A DNA stretch of 63,301 nt, filler included, from Octopus bimaculoides (GCF_001194135.2; 6 parts of 6 records of this genome joined end to end with filler, not necessarily neighbours in it), one strand, 5' to 3'; numbered from the whole stretch's first letter, positions 25,423 to 38,803 are shown. Notes: generated by a model from the sequence alone, not told the origin. Numbers and translations are program-made.

Positions 25423-25869
25423 GCTAACANNNNNNNNNNNNNNNNNNNNNNNNNNNNNNNNNNNNNNNNNNNNNNNNNNNNNNNNNNNNNNNNNNNNNNN
25501 NNNNNNNNNNNNNNNNNNNNNNNNNNNNNNNNNNNNNNNNNNNNNNNNNNNNNNNNNNNNNNNNNNNNNNNNNNNNNNNNNNNNNNNNNNNNNNNNNNNN
25601 NNNNNNNNNNNNNNNNNNNNNNNNNNNNNNNNNNNNNNNNNNNNNNNNNNNNNNNNNNNNNNNNNNNNNNNNNNNNNNNNNNNNNNNNNNNNNNNNNNNN
25701 NNNNNNNNNNNNNNNNNNNNNNNNNNNNNNNNNNNNNNNNNNNNNNNNNNNNNNNNNNNNNNNNNNNNNNNNNNNNNNNNNNNNNNNNNNNNNNNNNNNN
25801 NNNNNNNNNNNNNNNNNNNNNNNNNNNNNNNNNNNNNNNNNNNNNNNNNNNNNNNNNNNNNNNNNATAT

Positions 25870-26662
25870 ATACAGTGAGTTTCTTTGCCCTAGGTGTCAG
25901 AAATACACTCGGCAAGAAATGGAAACAAAATTGAAAGAAAGAAATTACCCAGCTGGATGACAAAGGGAAAGATATTGTTACGTGCCGAGGATCCTGAAAA
26001 GGGAAATGTTGCATCCAACTTTAGATCAATAACAGGCCTCCTGCAAATGTGGAAATTAATATTAGGTGCTTTGGCCGGTAAACTGTATAGATATCTGGGA
26101 AAAAGTGGGCTGCTGCCTACTGAACAGAAAGGGTGCCGAAAGAGGAGTCGTGGAACGAAGGGTCAGCTCTTAATTGATAATTTAATTATCAGGGACTGCA
26201 AGAGAAGACACACGACCAGAATATGTTATGGGTTGTCTATCTTAAATCATGCGATATGAATCCACACTCCTGGATAATAAGAACAATGGAAATGTATGGA
26301 ATAGGGGAAATATGTGAAGTCTTATATGGAATGGCATGAAGGACTAGTGAACGAAATTGACAGCATAGAATCAAGCATTAGGAGAGGTGAAAATCAAGAG
26401 AAAAATCTTCCTGGGAGACAATGTGTCCCTATTGATCTTCGTGATAGGAATGATCCCTTTGAGTGAAATACTACAGAAAACAAAGTTGGGGTTTGATCTG
26501 GGAAGAGGTAAGGGAAAACTGAACCAATTGCTGTTCATGGACGAACTGAAGCTATTCACAAAAACTGAGGCAGAACTGGACAGCCTAGTCCAGTCTGTGC
26601 GGATTTTATCCAATGAAATTAAGATGGAGTTTGAATTTTAAAAATATGCTACGATGGTGATG
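25870..26662 (+). mobile_element. R4/Dong-type RT fragment (subfamily 1), disrupted
   Basis: NFRSITGL..WKL..EQKGCRKRSRGTKGQLLID and IFLGDNVSLLIF..LNQLLFMDELKLF; stops and frameshifts; left end in an N gap. Confidence 0.85.
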
Positions 26663-29600
26663 AGTGTTAGTACCTAAGCGAACCGGTAGATGAAACTGGT
26701 GCTCAAATTAGGGGTTACTAAAAAAAAAACAAATGCGACATGACAGATGACCAAAAGGCAATCTACGACAGAATAAAGGCAAGACTACAGGAGAACGATA
26801 GCGATATTATTTGCAACCTTAAAAAGGCTGACCGGTGGCAGCTGAACCAAGAAACGAAAAGTGTTAATGATATTCTGAAATACATCAGAACAAACAACAT
26901 CACAGAAACAAATAACTTGATGAAGGCAGCAAGTATTGTTGTAGCAGAAAATGTGGGTGTTGATGTGAAGAAAAAGAAATACAATGGGAGTGACAAAAGA
27001 AAAGATCCATGGTGGAAAAGAAGAATCCAGACAGGGTTAGATATGCTCCGAAGGAAATTTCTGTGTTAGACCGAAAAGAGAAAGGGGAGCTGAAAAGCGA
27101 ACAAAAATACACGGCACTGAAAAGGAAGTATAATATTGAAAGAAAGGGCCTGAAAATGGTAATGAAGCAGCGCCTCGTTGCAAGGAAAGCAAAGATGGTA
27201 AGATTCGACCAAAGAATGAAGGGTTACCACCAGAATAGGGTATTCAGGGTAGATCAGAAGAGATTCTATAAAGAAATAAATGGAGAGTGTACAGATGAAA
27301 AGGTGATACCAGATAACAATGGAAGTCATAGGTTTTGGAATGACATCAGAAGCAAAGACAAGGAGCACAAGAAGGATGTTGAATGGTTGCAAGAACTGAA
27401 ACAAACAGTAGACTGTCCGAAACAGGCAGAACTAATTATTTCAGTTAGGTAAGTGAAGGAAAACAACAAAAAGATGAGCAACTGGAAGGCCCTGGGACCA
27501 GATGGTGTTCAAGGCTACTGGCTCAAAAGATTTGGTGAATGTCATGCACGAATAGCTGCGCAACTCAACACCTTGTTAAATTCCGACCAAGTAATACCAG
27601 AGTGGTTGACTTTGGTAATGACAGTGCTGTGCTTGAAAAACATCGAAAAAGGCAATACGGTAGACAATTACAGGCCGATATCCTGTTTGCCACTTATTTG
27701 AAAATTATTGACTGGAATACTCGAGTCAATGTACGAACATATGGGAAAAAATGGAGTCCTGCTACATGAGCAGAAGTGTTGCAAACGTAAGTGCAAAGGT
27801 ACCAAGGATCAACTCCTGATAGACAAAACTGTACTTAGAGACTGCATGAGGAGGAAAAGTAATTTAGCCATGACATGGATCGACTATCGTAAGGCATACG
27901 ATATGATCCCACACTCCTGGATAATGTAATGTATGAAACTATTTGGTATTGTATCGAATGTTGAGCGTTTGCTTGGAAGAAGTATGGCGAATTGGAGGAC
28001 AGACCTAACAGCATAAGGAAGAAGTTTAGGGACAGTAGAAATCAGGAGGGGCATCTTCCAAGGGGACTGCCTGACCCCACTGATCTTTGTACTGTGCTTG
28101 ATGCCACTAACACTGATACTGAGGAAAGCAAAAGCTGGGTATGTATTCAAAAGCCACCAACAAGAAGTCAACCATTTGTTATTCATGGATGATTTCAAAC
28201 TTTATGCTAAAGATGAATCCCAAGTCAGTCCCCTCGTTGATACGTTGTATACTTTCAGTGCTGATATCAGAATGGAGTTTGGACTGAGGAAGTGTGCTGT
28301 GTTAGCCTTGAAGAGAGGCAAAATCAAATGTATGGACGGGCTATCGATACCGTCGGGGGAAGTTATGAAGCGGATAGAAGAGACGGGCTATAAGTACTTG
28401 AGGATTTTGGAAATGGATAGATTGATGGAGAAAGAAATGACAGAAAAATTTAAGATGGAGTACTTACGCACACTGAGACTGATACTCAACTCGAAATTAA
28501 ACGGACGAAACAAGATCGAAGCTTTCAACACCTGGGCGATTTCACTCCTTAGATATGGAGCAGGGGTAATCGCATGCACAGTAGACGAACTAAACAGCTT
28601 AAACAGAAAGACAAAAAGACAAGGAAGTTGCTAACTAGGTATGGGATGCTCCACCCAAAACGTGATACAGACAGACTATATGTACCAAGAAAAAGAGGGG
28701 GAAGAGGACTTATTGGATGCGAACACAGCATTCGAGCGGAAGAAAACAACATAGTTGGTATGTAAAAAATGCCACAGAAACGCTACCATTAGAAGTAAAG
28801 AGGTCAGGCTTGTGTAGGATGAAAGATTGCAAAGATAAAGTACTGTACAAGTAAATGAAAACGATGGAAACTGAAAATAGGTGGGTAAAGAAAAGAATGC
28901 ACGGACAATTTCATAGGGGGGATGTTGAAGATAAGACAGGCAGAGAAAAAAGATGGCTGTGGATGACGTAAAGTGATTTAAAACCGGAAATGGAGGCTCT
29001 AATCTGTGCTGCCCAAGAGCGAGAACTAAGAACAAACTACATAAAATACAGAATAGACAAAACACCAGAAAGTGATAAGTGCAAAATCTGTGGACAAATC
29101 GGTGAAACCGTATGGCATATTACCAGCCAATGTACGCCACTAGCCCAGAAGGAATATAAGAGACGCCACGACGATATAGCAAGGATTGTCCATTGGACAC
29201 ATTGCAACAAGTATGGACTTGACAGAGCTAAATATTGGTACGACCACAAACCCAACGGCATCATCGAAAATGATAATGCAAAGATCCTGTTGGATTTTAT
29301 GATTCAGTGTGACCATGAGATAGAGAATAGGAAGCCAGACGTAGTCTTAATTGAGAAAGAAACCAAATTATGCTGGATCATAGATATAGCATGCCCAGCT
29401 GACAAAAAGGTATGCGATAAGAAAGAAAGTCGATAGGTATGAAAGGTTAGCTTCTGAGATAAAGCAGTTATGGTCGATGAAAAAGGTTGTAGTGATACCA
29501 GTAATTTTCGGAGCCCTGGGAACAGTGAGTAAAAATCTTGAGAAGTACATTGAACAAATAAGGACTGTAATAAGGGTAGAGCACTTCCAGAAAACAGCAC

Positions 29601-29722
29601 TGCTTGCAACCGCTCGAATACTCCGGAAGGTTCTCGAAAAATAAGAGGTGTTACCTTAGTTCAATGGTAGTGAACAGCTGACACCGTAGTACATCTCCAG
29701 CTTTAGAAGCTGTGCAAAAATC

Positions 29723-29796
<74 letters not shown>

Positions 29797-29805
29797 CAAT
29801 AATAA
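26663..29805 (+). mobile_element. Near full-length dead R4/Dong-clade non-LTR retrotransposon (RT + CCHC + RLE) with (TAA)n tail
   Basis: KDPWWKRRI N-terminus; KALGPDGVQGYWLK; NYRPISCL; [14 protein letters not shown]; HLLFMDDFKLY; CKICGQIGETVWHITSQC; KPDVVLIEK..IIDIACP; ends RILRKVLEK* (29644), short UTR, (TAA)n from 29723. Many stops and frameshifts. Confidence 0.92.
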
Positions 29806-29876
29806 ATGACTTGTAGTACCAGGTCGTGTCTCTCACAGCTTCTGATCTTAACTGATTGGAAGTACTATCACGTACT
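29806..29876. mobile_element. Fragment of unnamed (TAA)n-associated element X
   Basis: GTAGTACCAGGTCGTGTCTCTCACAGCTTCTGATCTTAACTGATTGGAAGT matches 41180-41230 and 49140-49200. Confidence 0.75.
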
Positions 29877-31069
29877 TCGAGCGGTCACTGTCGACGCTTT
29901 GTTGATGTGAAAATATTTTCTACTGTGGATCAAAACTGTATTTGCAGATTCAACATATCTTTCTTTTCGTCTTTAATTGTCCTTCACGTATAAACACAAA
30001 CGAATATATACAAATGTAATTATTTGGAAACATATTAAAGAATTCCGCGTATCAGAATTTGTAAGGTAAAATTAAGCAGGATGTAGTGAGAGAGCGAGTA
30101 TCTTCTTTAGATATCATTCTAGATATACTTGAGAGACATAAGACAAACAGGATACAATACAATGTATCGGGCAAAAGACTATATACGGCAGACATAGGAA
30201 TGCAGTATATAGATAACATATATAGGTAATGTATTAGATGTAGATGATATACAAGATATGGACGAATCTACTATATGTAGCTTATCTACAATATATAGAT
30301 TACCAACTATTAGACATAGCTGACATCCTAGCTTATAGCCGACAAACACCTTAGGTATTTTGGTCAAAGTCGATAGCTTTTGTGGACCTGCGAGATATTG
30401 CTGAGTAAAATACCAGTTATATTTGATATAATAGCTTTAACTGATAAACATCCTAAATACATCTGGAAATTAAGTCAGATGTATCTGAAATTATAGGCAT
30501 TTCGAATAATTCTCTCTCATTTGTCACTCATTTTTTTTGCAAAAATAATCTTCACAAAAGAGAATGTTCTGAACCCTTTAGACTTTGGCCGAACCAATAC
30601 CGAGTATTTACTTATTAATTTATTTATTAATTTACTTTTTAATTTTAAGGTACCGTAAACTCACTACAATTATTTTAATTTTAAATTATTTATTCCTTCA
30701 AGAAAAATATTTTTTTAAAAATACTATGTCATCCTTTGTCAATAAGATATTAATTTTTTTCCTTTGCAATTCTCATTAATTCAACCCGTCTTCTATTCAT
30801 AGTTTATATTTAAAATTAATACTGATCAAATGACATTTCCAATGCTATCAAAATTATATATCTCCTCAACAAGCTGGTTATGCTTACCGCCTCTATGTAT
30901 TTGAATGAATCAATAATAGTTTAAACATAAGAATTTTGCCATTTCATCTTGCTATCCTATAACGATCTGATAAATGCAACATTTAAGTAGGTCTTCTGGT
31001 ATAAAAACTTACCCCTTCAAAATGTACAATATATCCATTCTTCTGTGTTCATAAACACACACATACACA

Positions 31070-32450
31070 CATACTGGGTCAGTGGTCGCCACAGGGCCAT
31101 TGCAGAGCCCATACGGCACTCGGATGTCGTTATTAGTAGCCTGGAAGTTGTTGGCCGTGCACATTTTACCCCTAGGATGCTTGACAAGCAACGAGACCGA
31201 TCTGCGGAGCCAATTGTGCCAAAACTACAGAAACTCCTACTTCCTCTCGATGATCATACACCTCCTGAGCAGAATGTCCCCGGATGTATGTAATAGCACA
31301 GAAGACCTTCTCCGCAGAATCATTGACTGCAACCATACCTACGACGTGGTGCGATGTGTAATAAGAAGTGTGGATGCAGTATCCTTATACCCTTCGATAG
31401 ATGTTGATTTTACTGTGGAGAAACTCCCCATCACTCTCGCAATGTGGAGTTTCTAAGTGTTGACAAAGAATAACTGAGCCTGCTCCTGAAACCGACAGGT
31501 GAGAAGGATTACTTAGATGAATATGGCCTTAGATGTTTCTACCCCTACATCGGTAAGAGATAGACAGAACCCCTACTACGATCTCATTTACCAAGAAGAC
31601 TCCTAGAGAGAGATGGGACGGGTGGACCAACGTTATACAGACTCCTGAAAACGATGACGTGTTAAAAAGATGGTCATACATGCATTGAGTGTGCGTCCCC
31701 AAGTGACAGTTAAGGGCCACATATTCAGGTTTAATAACATGTGCGACCCTAGAGAATTGAAACGACATATACAACACTCCATCCACCGCATGCAGTTCAT
31801 TGGCTACAACCAAAGGAACAGGATTAGAGTGTAGAAAGAAGCCAGGGCTAAGTACAAGGCCATCGTAAAGAGTGATGAAAACGGGATTCAAATGAACCAG
31901 GAAAAAGATGGATAAGGCCAACTCATGGTATGACAACAAGAAATACCAGAATGTCATTTTCGTTGATCTTGACTCAAGTGGCGAACTAGTATACCATCTT
32001 AGAAAAGGTTAATCTAAGGATTAAAGTAATAGAAAGGCAGGGAACCTCCATAAAATCCCTGATCTGTAGAACTTACTCCTTCGATGGGTCCCCACATGTA
32101 CGGAGAACAATTGCATAGTATGTAGGATGAACGCACAGGTTAACTGTAAGATTAGGAATGTAGTCTAAAGTTTACGGAGTATTGAAAGACGGTGCAGAAA
32201 CAAAACAGCTTACATAAGGGAGACGCGACACCCGCAATAGGAGAGCAAATAGGCGAATAATGGTGGGAGCTCAAAGAGAAAAAGGCTCGTCATTGTTCTA
32301 CTAATATGCCAAACACAACATAGAAGCTCGGTTAATAACATAGAGATTAAGGTACTGTCAACCCATAGAAAAGACAAGACACTCAGACAGATTACAGAGG
32401 CCATTAACATGGTAATAGACAGACCGAGCGTCAACAGAAAACATGAAAGG
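31070..32450 (+). mobile_element. Penelope-like element (RT N-part + C-terminal GIY-YIG), internally deleted
   Basis: NSTEDLLRRI..RSVDAVSLYPSIDVDFTVEK; HRMQFIGY; NNCIVCRM..NCKIRNVV*S..AYIRETR; IKVLSTHRKDKTLRQITEAINM..RPSVNRK. Confidence 0.8.
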
Positions 32451-32954
32451 AACAATAAAAACAACTACCACCAACACACCACGCAACACACAGACTGAAA
32501 ACCGAAGGGGAAAAAGACACAAGAACAATGTAATACACACACACAAAACAAATATGCACACATTTATGCTTAATATAAGAAACAGAGATGAATAAGTAAA
32601 CAAAAAATAAAGCTATACATAAGGCTTGGATACGAACAACATAGTAGGCAAACTCATATCACACACAAACAGACATGCAGTATCTTCATAAAAGGCCACA
32701 ACAACACCATAACCGATAACAACAAATAATCACGATAGCAACAACGTGAACAAACACACAAACACAAAAGTATACAGCAACCATATCAAACGTAAGTGGC
32801 AAGAACACTAGCGGAAGAGATAACGTAGGTAAGGAGGGCATCAAAGTGCCACTAAGAGCAACGATGACAACGATGAAAATAATATAAAGCGGACGGGTAT
32901 AGACGGTGGAGTGGGTAAGTCCATATATACACACATAACTACCTATCCGAAACA

Positions 32955-33110
32955 TGGACACGCGCACGCACACACACGTGCACGCACACACACGTGCACG
33001 CACACACACGCGCACGCACGCACACGCGCACGCACGCACACGCGCACGCACACACACGCGCACGCACACACACTGACGCTCACACACACACACAGACGCA
33101 AACGCATGCG
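32955..33110. repeat. CpG-rich (CA/CACG)n alternating purine-pyrimidine tract
   Basis: CACGCGCACGCACACACACGTGCACG... seen directly. Confidence 0.9.
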
Positions 33111-33289
33111 CGCATAAGGATACACCTCATAAAAGGACAGAAAGAACTACTCTGAGCAGGAGGATAGACGAGGATGGAAAGGGTCACTGAAGAGGTCACA
33201 GATGTGCGAGGGAAGATTTCCAGATAATGGACATAATATAAGAAGAGTAATAAACGAGTGAAGAACGAATATATAGTGCATATGCTTAT

Positions 33290-36156
33290 TTGGCTCCCAA
33301 AAATGACGTCCCGAAATATAACAATATGCTTCAACACACATTTTCACACCAAACATCTTGCAACACAAATTCGTAAACGTATATAGAAAAGAAAGGAGCC
33401 ATGGTAGAGTGGCTGTGTACATCCCGCCCCAGGTCCTGCTGTCATATTCAAATTCGGTGTGTGACATTGAAATTGTACACATAAAACAACTTAATATTGT
33501 TACATGTACTACATATCGCCCACCGGATGCTCCGAGTCATACAGGCAAGTTTGAAGACTGCATAGTTAAGATAGGAAGAGTTCTCACCAAACTGGAACAA
33601 CACATCAGTGTATTCCTTTTGGATGACTTTAACTTCTCTAATGTGGGATGGCCTGAGGTTCAGATGCTCCCAGGAATGACAGACCACCAGCAAGCACAGG
33701 TGGAGTCCCTGATCCACCTTACCAATGCTTTTTCCGTGGAGCAAATTGTGCTGCAACCAACCAGGGCAAATACTATAGTGGACCTCTGCTTCACAAACAA
33801 TATGGACACTATCCATAATGTTAAAGTGACACCGATGCTGGTCTCGGATCACAATATAATACAGTTGTCTATGCATGTACCAAAAGCTACTGCAGACATA
33901 CCGCCTATAAGAAGCACCCAAAATCTTTCCAAGCTAAATTTTCATAAAGCAAATTGGAAGCTGATAGAGAAAGAGATCCTGAAACAGGATTGGCCTAAAT
34001 GTCTCTCCACACCAGACATTAACATGAAACACAAACATTTCATGTCCATAATACAAGCCATGTGTGACAAATCAGTCCCATTGTGCAAGGCCAACGTACA
34101 CAAAAATAGGATCCTTAGGAAAGGAAAATTCTTAATAAGGTGACGGACAAAGATTGCAAACCGCCTGAGCAAGCACCCCAAAAGTGGCGGGCGAGAAATC
34201 CCGCCTGGAGAGAGCGTTATTAGAGATTGAGAAAAGTTTGCATCAGTCTCATGAAAAGGAGAGAGCAGATAAAGAAGCTTGGGTGATAGAAAATATCAGG
34301 TCAACCCTATAGCTTTCTTTAAGTTTTCCAAAGAAACAGCCTCAGTACACTACAAGATAGGACCCCACCCTTCTTCCAAAAAGATGGCCCCCCCCTCACA
34401 GGAAAGCCATCCGGATAAGTGAAATACTGAACGAACAGTTCCAAAGTGTGTTCACTACATATCTGAGACACAGGCAAATGAACAAACCAGCAGAATTCTT
34501 TGCAACTTTATCTGTAACCCAAGAGGCAAAAACTGAATACAAATACATTGAAGAAGATGTGGCATTGGCCATCGAAGAAGACGTGACATGACACAATCTC
34601 AGCTGCTGGCCCTGACAAATTTCCAGCCGTCCTTCTCAAATTGTGCAAACGATCCCTTGCAAAACCACTGCAGCCTTTCTTTCAGAGCTTCCTTGCAAGT
34701 GGTAAGCTCTCAGACAAACTGAATGAAGGGATAATATGCCTTTTTTTATAAAGTAGGAATTAGAGCAGAGGCTAAAAATTATAAGCCTGTCTCTCTGACA
34801 TTAGCAAAGTCGTGGAACGAATAGTCGGCAAGAAACTAATCACGTTCCTTGAAGAAAGCGTCGATTAGGTAGACGCTCTCTAACACAGCTCTGGTTGTTA
34901 CAACAGCTGCTAAATGATTCAAGCGTGGATATGATATTTCTCGACTTTGAAAAAGCCTTTGACAAAGTCGACCATGGTATGATGTTTCACAAACTGCTTG
35001 ATGTTGGAATAGGCGGAAAAGTTAGAGAGTGATTGCACAACTTTCTAAAAGATAGACGTCAAGCAGTGGTGGCCAATGGAACAACCTCCAGGAAAACACA
35101 AAGAGCAAGTGGTGTTCCACAGGGCACTGACTTAGGGCCAATGCTATTCATAGTGGCGTTCTCAGACATGCCTTCAACTGCAAAGATACCCTGACACAAA
35201 AGTCTCTCAGACAATACAAAAACCTGGAAATATTGCACAACTGCAACGGGAGTTGGCTGTAATATACAGGTGCGATGAGGACAACAAGATGCAGCTTAAT
35301 GCAGGAAAATTCCAGTCCTTACGCTACCAGCACACAAAACTAAACGGCATGCAGATAGAATACATTGGCCCCGGAGGAATTGCAATCCCTGAGTCAAAAT
35401 CAGTGCGTGACCTGCGCATTGACATGAGCAAAGATGCATCTTTTCAAGTGCATATTACTAATTTGGAAATGAAATGCAGACGGATAGTTTGATGGATGCT
35501 CCGAAATTTGAAAACAAGATAAAAGGACTAATTGATGGTCCTTTGGAGGACATTCGTCCTCAGCTTGGACTACTGCTCCCAACTATGGTCACCACACAAT
35601 AAAAAATTCACAGTGGAACTCGAAGCAATCCAACGAAGCTACACTAAGAAAATCATCTCGGTGCAACGTATCAGCTACTGGGAAAGACTGAAAGAATTAA
35701 ATCCCTTCTCCCTGGACGAAGACGGGAAATATATGCAGTGATATACATCTGGAAAATCCTGAAAGGCCTTGTAACAAACTTTGGCATTGAAAGTTACTCA
35801 AACTGAAGTACGGGGCGCCACTGCATAGTGCCAAAGATCCCAGCATCGCGATCAAAATACAAAACCAGATATTGCAACAGCTTGGGATTCAAAGGTCCAA
35901 AATGCTTGAGACCTGCATTGTGTGGATATAAGTGTCTTTAAAACAAAACTGGATCTCTTCCTGTCGAGGGTTCCTGAGGAGCGTACCTCACGGTAAGAAA
36001 CACAGATGAGGGCAGCGTCATCAAACTCGCTCGTTGACAAAATGCCATATATCAGAAGAGATTTCAAATAAAGGTGTAGCTCAGTGAACGGTGGTGCTCC
36101 AGTATGACCGCAGCATTGAAGCTGAAACATTTTAAAGAATCAAAGAATTAAAGAAT
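33290..36156 (+). mobile_element. CR1/L2-group LINE ORF2 (APE endonuclease + RT), dead, with 3' tail
   Basis: RSHGRVAVY, YRPP, DDFN, QPTRANTIVDLCFTN; AAGPDKFP; FLDFEKAFDKVDH; SGVPQGTDLGP; (Y/F)ADD motif lost; LDYCSQLWSPH; ends GGTGCTCCAGTATGACCGCAGCATTGAAGCTGAAAC + (T/C)AAAGAAT repeats. Confidence 0.9.
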
Positions 36157-36554
36157 ATGTATGCGTGTGTGCATGTGTGTGTATGTGTGCATATGTGTGT
36201 ATATGTGTGTGTATGTGTGTATGTATGTGTGTGTGTATGTGTGTGTGTGTGTGTGTGTAATAACGGAGGCGGCCATACGCAATATGCCATTTTGTAGAAT
36301 AGTTCATTGATTCATGTGGTAAAAATCATATACTGAATGTTGAATTTAGCCAAACCATCCAGCGATGGATTAGGCACCACGGGTGAGTGTTAATGTTCAG
36401 CGTAACTAGAGTAGTATACGGATCTTGCTCATTGTGGTTCGGTTACTACCCTGTCAGTGAATAGACAGGGGCCATTACCCGCTCTAAGGATCTTTGACTC
36501 TTATTTCTAGCAATGTTGGCTTTACCCTGCACCCTCAGTCACAATTAGGGAAAA

Positions 36555-36615
<61 letters not shown>

Positions 36616-36616
<1 letters not shown>

Positions 36617-37137
36617 GGCAGTTCAGGAAAATAGAACGAATGCTGCCGTTGATTAGCTACAAGAGGCCATCACCTCTAGCTAGCAATGTGACACACGAAC
36701 GAGTGTCCATTATAACCTTCAAACAGGGGAGGTCAGCCGCTTCCCCTTGCTAGTATGGCGTCTACAGACCAGCTTCAAGGTTATTGCCACTTATCAATGT
36801 AGAGCAGCCGAGCCGAGCAGGCGTCGTTACTGACCGTCAGTTCAAAGGGTTATTTACCTAAATTCAGTGGATAACATCCACAGGTTTTCAAAAATAGAAA
36901 TATTGATATTTCTAAGACTCTCTAAAGGAGACTACGGGAATGGTACTGGATATTGATAGCTATCTCCAAACTAACATGGGCTGACCAGAAAAATAGAACG
37001 AATGCTTCCGTTGATTAGCTCCAAGAGGCCATCGCCTCTAGCTACCCAATGTGACACACGAAATTTGTCCATTATAGCCTTCTTCGAACAGGGAAGGTCA
37101 GCCACATCGACTTGCAGTTCTGGCATGTACAGACACG
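36616..37137 (+). repeat. Pair of diverged ~155-bp direct repeats (36616-36770 and 36978-37137)
   Basis: Shared AAAATAGAACGAATGCT.CCGTTGATTAGCT.CAAGAGGCCATC.CCTCTAGCTA..AATGTGACACACGAA. Confidence 0.85.
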
Positions 37138-37149
37138 TATCAGGGTATT

Positions 37150-37936
37150 ATGACGATTAGGATGATGAAGAAGAAGAACAACAACAACAAAAACAACATT
37201 AAAAAAGAAGACGAAGAAGGAGAGGAAGAAGCAGAAGAAAAAAGGAACAAGAACAAGAAGAGGAGGAACAAGAAGAAGAAAAAAGGAACAAGAACAAGAA
37301 GAGGAGGAAGAAGAAGAAGAAGACGACGAAAGTGAAAAAGAAGGAGAAGAAGAAGAAGACGACGAAGGTGAAGAAGAAGAAGAAGAAGAAGAAGAAGAAG
37401 AAGAAGAAGAAGACGGAGAAGAAGAAGAAGAAGAAGAAGAAGAAGAAGAAGCAGAAGGAGGAGAAGATGAAGAAGAAGAAGAAGAAGAAGAAGAAGAAGA
37501 AGAAGAAGAAAAGAAGTAGACAAAATGGAAAAAGAAGAGCAGAAGAAAAAGAAATTGATGATGATGATGATGATAATGATGATGATGATTATGGGGACGA
37601 AAAACAATAACAAGAAACAAGTGAAATGAAATCAAAGACACCGACAACAACAAGAAAAGAAAGGAAGAGAAAAGGAAAAGAAAGATGAGAACGAGAAATG
37701 TGGATAGACGAAAAAGATGATGATGATGAAGAAGAAGAGGAAAAGAAGAAAAGAAGAAAAAGAAGAAGAACAAGAAGAAAATTTAGAAGAAGAAGGAAAG
37801 TGGAAGAAGAGGATAATGATGATGATGATGAAAAAGAAGAAGAAGGAGAAGAAGAAGGAAAACAAAAGAAGAAGACGAACGTGAAGAAGAAGATGAAGAA
37901 GACGAAGTAGAAGAAGAAGTAGAAGAAGAAGAAGAA

Positions 37937-37968
<32 letters not shown>

Positions 37969-38030
37969 CGATGAAGGTGAAAAAGAAGAAGAAGAAGAAG
38001 AAGAAGAAGAAGAGGAAGACGACAAAGGTG

Positions 38031-38061
<31 letters not shown>

Positions 38062-38771
38062 TGAAGAAGAAGACGGAGAAGAAGAAGAAGAAGAAGAAGA
38101 AGAAGACGAAGTTGAAGAAGACAGCGAAGGTGAAGAAGAAGAAGAAGAAGACGAAGAAGAAGAAGAAGAAGAAGAAGAAGATGAAGGTGAAGAAGAAGGT
38201 GAAGAAGAAGAAGAAGAAGAAAAAGAAGACGGAGATGAAGAAGAAAAGAAAAGGAAGAAGAAATTTTAGAAGAGAAAATAGAAGAAGATGAGGAAGAGCA
38301 AAGAAAAGAAGAAGAACAAAAAGAAGAACAGCAACTATAAAAGAAGAAACATAAGAAGAAGAAGAAAGATAGCAAAAACAACTAGAATTACAAAAAAAGA
38401 TGATGATGGAGAAGAAGACGAAAAGAATACAAAAGGAAGAAGAAGAAGAGGAACAAGAAGAAGAAAAAGGAAAAGTGGAAGGAGAAGAAGAAAAGAAGAG
38501 GGAGAAGAAGGAAATGAACAAGAATAAGGACAGGAGTAGGTGATGTAGAAGAAGAGGACAGACAACAAGAAGAAAAAAACGAACAAGAAGAAAGAGAAGA
38601 ACAAGGAGAAGAATAAAAGAGGAAGAACAAGAAGTAGGAAAACAAAGAAGACGAAAATGAAAGGGAATAGAAGTATAAGTAGATGATCACGTAGAATAAG
38701 AAAAAGAAGAGAAAGGAGAAAAAGAAGAAGACGAAGAAGAAGAAAAAGAAGACGAAAGTCAAGAAGGAGAA

Positions 38772-38803
<32 letters not shown>

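Noticed and set aside
32160-32175. In-frame stop in the PLE GIY-YIG motif (NVV*) as possible recoding
   Set aside because: The codon is TAA, not TGA, and the element has many other disabling changes.
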